Of a stretch of DNA of 64,000 bases, positions 58,203-64,000 are shown in pieces. This DNA is from an uncultured bacterium. GTDB lineage: Bacteria; RBG-13-66-14. The number at the start of each line of letters is the position of its first letter. Position 1 is the stretch's first letter. Location of the stretch: assembly GCA_964577465.1 (NCBI GenBank), contig CAZNZF010000004.1, forward strand, positions 834 to 64,833. Direction: 5' to 3'. The position numbers and the translations under genes are program-made. The notes beneath the pieces were generated by a model, which made no database searches, was not told the origin of the DNA, and worked only from the letters and a program-made list of their open reading frames with translations.

Positions 58203-60632
58203 ATGATGGGCATGGGTGGAGCGAAGCGGTTCGAGTGGCGGGCGTCGCCCCCCGACTGGCGGGGTCGGCACCGCATCTGCCGCGAGCTTCTCATCCACCC
58301 GGTCACGGCCCAGGTGCTCCTCAACCGCGGCATAGGCAACCCCGCCGAGGCTTTCAGTTTCCTCTACAGCGCCGTCCACCACGACCCGTTCAAGTTCCTC
58401 CAGATGGAGACGGTGGTCAAACGGATTCTCCGGGCGGTGGAGGACGGCGAGGGCATCTTCGTCTTCGGGGACTACGACGTGGACGGCATCACGGGCACGG
58501 TGGCGCTGGTGGACTTCCTCACCCGCATCGGCGCCCGCGTCGGCCACATGGTCCCCAACCGGCTGACCCAGGGGTACGACCTCTCCCCCAAGGTGGTGAC
58601 CGAGACGAAGGCCGCCGGGTACGGCCTCCTCGTGACCAACGACTGTGGGGTCACCGCCCACGAAGCCGCCCGGCACGCCAGGGAGCTGGGGCTGGACCTC
58701 ATCATCACCGACCACCACCTCCCCGACGAAAAGCTGCCCGACGCCCTGGCCATCATCAACGGCAACGTCGGCGGCTCCGGCTATCCCTTCTCCGGCCTGG
58801 CCGGGGTGGGGACCGTGTTCAAGGTCATCAGCGCCCTGTCCCGGACCCTCGGTCGGGGGCCGGACCCCGAGGAGTACCTGGACCTCGTCGCGCTGGGGAC
58901 GGTGGCCGACGTCTCGCCGCTGGTGGACGAGAACCGCGCCCTGGTGGTGGCCGGTCTGGCCCGGATGAACAGCATCCCCCGCCTGGGGCTGGCCGCGCTC
59001 ATCGACTCGGCCGGGCTGGGGGGGAGGCGCATCGGCGCGAAGCAGCTCTCCTACGTCCTGGCTCCGCGGCTCAATGCCGCCGGTCGTATCGCCACCGCCG
59101 AGGTCGGGGTGGAGCTCCTGCTCTGCGAGGACGCCGACGAGGCCTACCGCCTGGCGATGCGCGTGGAGTCGCTCAACCGTCAGCGGCGGTTGATCGAGTC
59201 CGAGACGACCCGGGAGGCCATGGCCCTGGCCGAGGACGACATCGCCTTCGAGGAGGTGCCGGTCATCGTCGTGGGGAGCAACGACTGGCATCCGGGTGTG
59301 GTGGGGATTGTGGCTGCCCGGCTGGCCGACCGTTTCTCCCGTCCGGCGGTGGTCTTCGGTGAGCTGGGACGCGGCTCGGCCCGGGGGTATGGCGATTTCG
59401 ACGTCATCGGTGCCCTGGACGAGTGCGCCGACGTCATCGAGGATTACGGCGGCCACCTCCACGCCGCCGGCGTCCGCATCAAGTTCCCCAACCTCCCGGA
59501 GCTGCGGCGGCGGATAAACGAAATCGCCCGGCGCAAGCCCATCGCTCCCCACCCACTCCTCGAGATTGACGCCGAGCTCCGCCTGACCGCCATCAACGAG
59601 CAGCTCCTGTGGGAAATCGAGAGGCTCGACCCGTACGGCATCGGCAATCCCGAGCCGGTGTTCCACGCCGGCGGGGTCATGCTGGCCGACGAGCCCCGTG
59701 TCGTGGGGAAGAACCATCTCAAGCTCGTCCTGACCCAGGACGGTGCCTCGTTGGAGGCCATCGCCTTCGGACGGGCCGACCTGGCCAGTTACCTGCCCCG
59801 CGCCCGACCCTTCGACATCGCCTACCACCTGGAGCGCAACACCTTCCACGCCGGCTCCAACATCCAGCTCCGGGTGCTGGATTTCGACCTGGAGGAGCGG
59901 GTCCAGAGCGGGCCCTCCAGCGTGTCAGTGGACGACCGCCGTGATTCGGCGGCCATGGAGGACCGACGGCGAGCCGTCCTGGAGATGGTGACCGCGGGAC
60001 CGACGGTCATCTACGCCGGCTCGGACCGACGCCGGGACATCCAGCGCTTCCTCGCCCTGAGCGGGTATCTGCCCGCCACCGTTCCCGCCGACCTCGACGA
60101 CCGGCACTACCTCTTCTGGGAGACCCTGACCATCGGTGGGTTCAAGGCCCTCCCCGAGGTGTGGGCCTGTGTCTGCGACCCCTTCGACAACCCCTACGAC
60201 GCGATTCTGCTGCGGGAGCTGGGCCGCATCGCCCGGGACCTGCATCTGGTCCTCCTCTACGAGCGGCACGACCTCAAGGAGTGGCACCGCAAGGCGCTGG
60301 ACCGCGTGCGCCTGGCGGAGATATACCGCGACCTGCCCAAGGACGAGCCGTTCAGCGACGACATCATCGTCCAGTTGAGCGGCCGGTGGCTGACCCGCGG
60401 TGAGGCCCGGCTGGCCCTCTCCATCTTTCTGGACCTGGGGCTTCTGACCCGGCGGAACGGCAGCTACGAGGTGGTGTCGGTGCAGGACCGGCGGGACCTA
60501 TCCAAGAGCTTCACCTACCAGCGCCTGGTGCGTTTCGGGACCGAGGGGCGCCGCTTCTTCCGCCAGCAGATGGAGCTCGAGGGCCGGGAGCTCCTCCAGC
60601 TCCTGTTGAACATCTACAGCACCGTTGGCTAG
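58203..60632 (+). CDS. recJ: Single-stranded-DNA-specific exonuclease RecJ with a ~240-aa C-terminal extension
   Basis: DHH motifs (..FVFGDYDVDGITG.., ..IITDHHLP..), DHHA1 domain (..GGHLHAAG..), OB fold. 809 aa, versus ~570 aa for typical RecJ. Confidence 0.8.
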   Translation: MMGMGGAKRFEWRASPPDWRGRHRICRELLIHPVTAQVLLNRGIGNPAEAFSFLYSAVHHDPFKFLQMETVVKRILRAVEDGEGIFVFGDYDVDGITGTVALVDFLTRIGARVGHMVPNRLTQGYDLSPKVVTETKAAGYGLLVTNDCGVTAHEAARHARELGLDLIITDHHLPDEKLPDALAIINGNVGGSGYPFSGLAGVGTVFKVISALSRTLGRGPDPEEYLDLVALGTVADVSPLVDENRALVVAGLARMNSIPRLGLAALIDSAGLGGRRIGAKQLSYVLAPRLNAAGRIATAEVGVELLLCEDADEAYRLAMRVESLNRQRRLIESETTREAMALAEDDIAFEEVPVIVVGSNDWHPGVVGIVAARLADRFSRPAVVFGELGRGSARGYGDFDVIGALDECADVIEDYGGHLHAAGVRIKFPNLPELRRRINEIARRKPIAPHPLLEIDAELRLTAINEQLLWEIERLDPYGIGNPEPVFHAGGVMLADEPRVVGKNHLKLVLTQDGASLEAIAFGRADLASYLPRARPFDIAYHLERNTFHAGSNIQLRVLDFDLEERVQSGPSSVSVDDRRDSAAMEDRRRAVLEMVTAGPTVIYAGSDRRRDIQRFLALSGYLPATVPADLDDRHYLFWETLTIGGFKALPEVWACVCDPFDNPYDAILLRELGRIARDLHLVLLYERHDLKEWHRKALDRVRLAEIYRDLPKDEPFSDDIIVQLSGRWLTRGEARLALSIFLDLGLLTRRNGSYEVVSVQDRRDLSKSFTYQRLVRFGTEGRRFFRQQMELEGRELLQLLLNIYSTVG

Positions 60633-60637
60633 TGAGG

Positions 60638-60659
60638 GCAAGGGGTTTAAACCCCTTGT
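60638..60659. repeat. Palindrome family A copy (GGCAAGGGGTTTAAACCCCTTG)
   Basis: Starts 6 nt after the recJ stop. Confidence 0.65.
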
Positions 60660-60689
60660 CTCCTCTAGGATCGGCTAGGACGGTCTTTC

Positions 60690-62903
60690 GTGCGTGGATT
60701 GACGCTTCTTTCCGTAGCCCTCGCCCATCTCGCCGCCGGTCAGACGACCGTCTCGCCCCAGGGCGAGCTCATCCAGCCGGTTTCGAGCCCCCCTTCACCC
60801 ACCGCCCAGGACTACTCGCCGGCGCCCTACTCCGACGAGGTGGCGGCGCTGGTGGACCTCGTCGACGCCGGGGACGTCGACGACGCCCTCGACCTCGTCC
60901 TCGCCGAGGATACCCGCTTCACCCCCACCACGGGCTGCTTCGACACCGGCACCTCGCTGGCCGTCTCCCTGCGCGCCTGGGGTTACGGGGTAAAAGAGGA
61001 CCCATTCTACACCACGCTGGTCTTCTCCGACGTGGACGCGGCCGGTGAAAACCTGTGCGCCGTGGGGCAGGCCGGGCTCATCTTCACCTCCTCCGACGGC
61101 GGGGTTCTCTGGACGCGACGGGACGACGGGACCGTTCCCGCGAGTCTTTACGAGGTCGCCTTTGCCGCCGCCGACCCGCTAAACGTATGCGCGGCCGGCT
61201 CCTCGGGGACGTTTCTTTCGAGCGACGACGGCGGGGCGACCTGGACGGCCCGTGAGCTCCCCGGCGAGGGCTCCCTCACGGTCACCGCGTTGGCGCGGCC
61301 GGCGACGGATACGGTTTACCTCGCCGGCTACACCCCCGACGGGATGGCGGCCCTGAAGAGCACGGACGGCGGAAGGCACTGGGATTACCTGAACCACGGC
61401 TTCCCGGCCGGCGCCGTCTGCTTCGGGATGTGCTTCCTCGACGAGGACACGGGCTGGCTCTGCGGCGGGACGACCGGCTCGCCCTACCGGGCTTGCATCT
61501 CCCGGACCACCGACGGCGGGGAGACCTGGGGGCTCTGGTCGGTCGACGGCCCGCTCGTCGTCAACCTGTCCTTCGCCGACGCCGACACCGGTTTCGCCGC
61601 GGGGAACGACTACGAGACGATTTTTCGCACTACCGACGGCGGTGAGAGCTGGGAGACGGTCCATAGCCTCGACGGCCCGGATTACGAGTACCTGGGCGAC
61701 GTCGAGGCGCTGTCGGTCTCTAGCGCCGTGGCGGTGGGCTACGGCGGTTGCGTGCTCGCCACGGCCGACGGCGGCGACACCTGGGATTATCTGCGCGAGC
61801 CGTCCGACGACCCCGATTACGGGCACCGGACCGCCCTCGCCGTCGTGGACTCGGAGCGTTGGTTCGCCACGGGCTACGGCGCCTTCGAGCTCACCGAGAA
61901 CGGCGGGACGGGCTGGGAAGATGAAATCGCCGACCTGGGCCTGCCGCCGGCAGTGAACGTCTACGCCTTTAAAACCGGCGCCGCGCTGGAGCCGGGCCCG
62001 CTCGTCATCGCCCCCTACGACTGCACCTCGGAGAACCCCTGGTTCGATGCGCCGGGGGCCGACGCTAACGGCTCGGGGACGGCGGCCGCTCTGGTGGCCG
62101 CGAAGGCGCTGGGCGCCCTGGAGACCGAGCGCGACCTCGGCTTCCTCTTCACCGCCACCCGCTACTCGGGCGGAGATTTAGGCCAGTCGGGAGCCCGCCG
62201 CTTCCTGGCGGAATACCCCGACCGCGACTTCCGCTCGATTCTCGACCTGGAGGCGGTGGGCTACGCCAACGACGCGAACCTGGACCTCCTGTTGACCGGC
62301 AACGTCCCCGGGGAGGAGTTGACCGACGCCGTTTACGGCTACGCCCGCGATTACGTCCCCGACCTCCCCCTGTACCGGACGACCAACGGTTTCGATTTCG
62401 GCCACGACCACGGCGCCTTCTGGGACGCCGGCTTCCCGGCGGTGCTCCTCGAAGAGTACTACTCCGAGGAGGATGAGCGGAACTTCAACGCGGGCACCGT
62501 CCACGACACCCGCGGCACCCTTTGCCCGGGCCAGATGCTCCACGCCGCCCGGCTTACCGTCGCCTTCGCCGCCGCCGAGGCGCTCTTCGCCGACGAGGTG
62601 GCCCTGGAGCCGCGCGACCCCTACGTCTTCCCCAACCCATTCCGGCCCGGTCGGGGGCACACGACCGTCACCTTCGCCGGGATGCCCGCCGGCGGGCTGA
62701 TTCGGGTTTTCGACGTCACGGGCGCGCAGGTCTACGAGGGGACCGCCGACGAGGGGCCCTTCGTAGAGGGCGGCCTGGCCACCTGGCGCCACACCTGGGA
62801 CGCGACGAATTCCAGCGGCGCGCCCCTGGCGGGCGGCGTGTATATTTACCATGCTCAGGGTCCGAAGGGAGACGCCGTGGGCAAGCTGGCGGTCATCCCC
62901 TGA
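60690..62903 (+). CDS. Secreted BNR/Asp-box repeat + M28 zinc aminopeptidase protein with a T9SS/FlgD-Ig-like C-terminal sorting domain
   Basis: Signal peptide. Seven S/T-x-D-G-G-x-T-W Asp-box repeats. M28 motifs (..GADANGSGTAAALV.., ..GHDHGAFWDAG..). C-terminal ..FPNPFRPG.TTVTF...IRVFDVTGAQV...GVYIY......GKLAVI. Confidence 0.7.
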   Translation: MRGLTLLSVALAHLAAGQTTVSPQGELIQPVSSPPSPTAQDYSPAPYSDEVAALVDLVDAGDVDDALDLVLAEDTRFTPTTGCFDTGTSLAVSLRAWGYGVKEDPFYTTLVFSDVDAAGENLCAVGQAGLIFTSSDGGVLWTRRDDGTVPASLYEVAFAAADPLNVCAAGSSGTFLSSDDGGATWTARELPGEGSLTVTALARPATDTVYLAGYTPDGMAALKSTDGGRHWDYLNHGFPAGAVCFGMCFLDEDTGWLCGGTTGSPYRACISRTTDGGETWGLWSVDGPLVVNLSFADADTGFAAGNDYETIFRTTDGGESWETVHSLDGPDYEYLGDVEALSVSSAVAVGYGGCVLATADGGDTWDYLREPSDDPDYGHRTALAVVDSERWFATGYGAFELTENGGTGWEDEIADLGLPPAVNVYAFKTGAALEPGPLVIAPYDCTSENPWFDAPGADANGSGTAAALVAAKALGALETERDLGFLFTATRYSGGDLGQSGARRFLAEYPDRDFRSILDLEAVGYANDANLDLLLTGNVPGEELTDAVYGYARDYVPDLPLYRTTNGFDFGHDHGAFWDAGFPAVLLEEYYSEEDERNFNAGTVHDTRGTLCPGQMLHAARLTVAFAAAEALFADEVALEPRDPYVFPNPFRPGRGHTTVTFAGMPAGGLIRVFDVTGAQVYEGTADEGPFVEGGLATWRHTWDATNSSGAPLAGGVYIYHAQGPKGDAVGKLAVIP

Positions 62904-62913
62904 AAGGCGTCCC

Positions 62914-64000
62914 GTGACCGATTACCGGCCCACCATCGCCTTCGAGGTCCACCTGCAGCTCGACACCGCGTCGAAGGCCTACTGCGGCTGCGCCGTCGTC
63001 TTCGGCGCCGCGCCCAACACGGTCGTCTGCCCGGTGTGCACGGGGCAGCCCGGGGCGCTCCCCGTCCCCAACCGCGGCGTCTTCGAGAGGGCCGTCCGCG
63101 TCGCCCTGGCCCTGGGCTGCGAAATAGCGGAAAAAACCCACTTCGACCGGAAGAACTACTTCTACCCCGACCTGCCCAAGGGCTACCAAATCAGCCAGCA
63201 CCCGGTGCCCGTGGGCCGCGTTGGTGAGTTTCGCTTCCCCGCGGAGCGCTACGGCGAGGCGGCCGACGCGGTCGTCAAAATCAGCCGGGTGCACGTGGAG
63301 GAGGACACCGCCAAGGCGGTCCACGACGCAAAGGGCGACACCCTCATCGACTTCAACCGCGCCGGGGTGCCGCTCATGGAAATCGTCACCGAGCCCTGCA
63401 TCCCAAATCCAGACGTAGCCTACGCCTACCTCACCGCGTTGAAGGAGACCCTGGAGTACCTGGACGTCTCCTCGTGCAGCATGGAGGAGGGCTCGCTGCG
63501 GGTGGACACCAACATCTCCGTGGCCCCGGCGGATTCAATAAAGCTGGGGACCAAGGTGGAGGTGAAGAACCTGAACTCGTTCAAGGCGGTCAAGGCGGCG
63601 CTGGAGTACGAGTTCGAGCGCCAGACGGGGATTCTGGCCTCGGGGGGGAAGGTGGTTCAGGAGACGCGGCACTGGGACGACCGCGAGGGCGCGACCCTGC
63701 CCGGCCGGGTGAAGGAGGAGGCGATGGACTACCGCTACTTCCCCGAGCCGGACATCCCGCCGTTGGCGATTCCCCGGGAGTGGGTGGAGGAGATTCGGCA
63801 AAAACTGCCGGAGCTGCCGCAACAGGCCCGCGAGCGTCTGCACGCCGCCGGTCTTTCGGGCTACGACGCCTGGGTGCTGGTGGCGGAGCGGGACCGGCTG
63901 CGCTACTACGAGGCGGTCGTCGCGGCCGGCGCCCCCGCGAAACGAAGCGAAGCGAGTAATGCCCTGGCAAAACCGGCCGCCAACTGGGTCAACGGCGACC
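62914..64000 (+). CDS. gatB: Asp-tRNA(Asn)/Glu-tRNA(Gln) amidotransferase subunit B (3' end outside window)
   Basis: GTG start, then ..TIAFEVHLQLDTASKAYCGC...GALPVPN...NYFYPDLPKGYQISQ... Open to the window end, so not listed in the ORF track. Confidence 0.85.
   Translation, partial: MTDYRPTIAFEVHLQLDTASKAYCGCAVVFGAAPNTVVCPVCTGQPGALPVPNRGVFERAVRVALALGCEIAEKTHFDRKNYFYPDLPKGYQISQHPVPVGRVGEFRFPAERYGEAADAVVKISRVHVEEDTAKAVHDAKGDTLIDFNRAGVPLMEIVTEPCIPNPDVAYAYLTALKETLEYLDVSSCSMEEGSLRVDTNISVAPADSIKLGTKVEVKNLNSFKAVKAALEYEFERQTGILASGGKVVQETRHWDDREGATLPGRVKEEAMDYRYFPEPDIPPLAIPREWVEEIRQKLPELPQQARERLHAAGLSGYDAWVLVAERDRLRYYEAVVAAGAPAKRSEASNALAKPAANWVNGD
63940..63972 (-). repeat. Repeat family B copy inserted in frame within gatB
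   Basis: AAACGAAGCGAAGCGAGTAATGCCCTGGCAAAA is 33 nt and is read as KRSEASNALAK, between ..GAPA and PAANWVNG... Confidence 0.7.

Overview
High-GC (roughly 65-70%) bacterial chromosomal segment. A BNR/M28 peptidase ending in a T9SS/FlgD-Ig-like C-terminal sorting domain, plus PilX_N and BamD-like genes, suggest a Gram-negative of the FCB-superphylum type (inference only). Recognisable housekeeping genes: ftsX (3' part), valS, a diaminopropionate ammonia-lyase-like PLP enzyme, the conserved phoH-pgpH(7TM-HD)-ybeY-dgkA operon (here dgkA is fused to a PAP2 phosphatase), nadD, bamD, alaS, pckA, rng, rph, recJ, an rsmC-like methyltransferase and gatB (runs off the 3' end). Almost everything from ~8.4 kb to ~29 kb lies on the minus strand and includes: cytochrome b plus a subunit-IV/hexaheme cytochrome c fusion (no Rieske gene seen); two tandem secreted beta-propeller paralogs; an Sdh/Frd-like flavoprotein + Fe-S subunit + tail-anchored di-cluster ferredoxin operon; and a cluster encoding a REC-GGDDF regulator, two tandem stand-alone REC proteins, a large internally duplicated membrane protein, and two membrane ferredoxins, one with an FMN-binding (flavinylation-motif) domain. 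A 2768-aa secreted TolB-propeller/TPR/pseudo-CHAT/TPR/CHAT giant protein is translationally coupled to a membrane mono-heme cytochrome c. The most unusual feature is a set of small dispersed repeat families. One is a ~33-35 nt element (consensus roughly TTTTGCCARGGGCATWRCTCGCTWCGCTYCGKTT), at least 9 copies, including in-frame copies inside gatB and at the 5' end of a lipoprotein gene. Another is a 20-nt palindrome (CAAGGGGTTTAAACCCCTTG) into which that element is found nested in both orientations. There are also a GC-rich 'ACGGCTGCGCCGYCGCAGATA' repeat cluster and a tandem ~56-bp repeat upstream of rph. No rRNA, tRNA or CRISPR was recognised. Coordinates of manually trimmed starts and repeats are approximate (+/- a few nt); at two places (~13440 and ~13500) my base-by-base reading disagreed by one base with the ORF track, and I trusted the ORF track.
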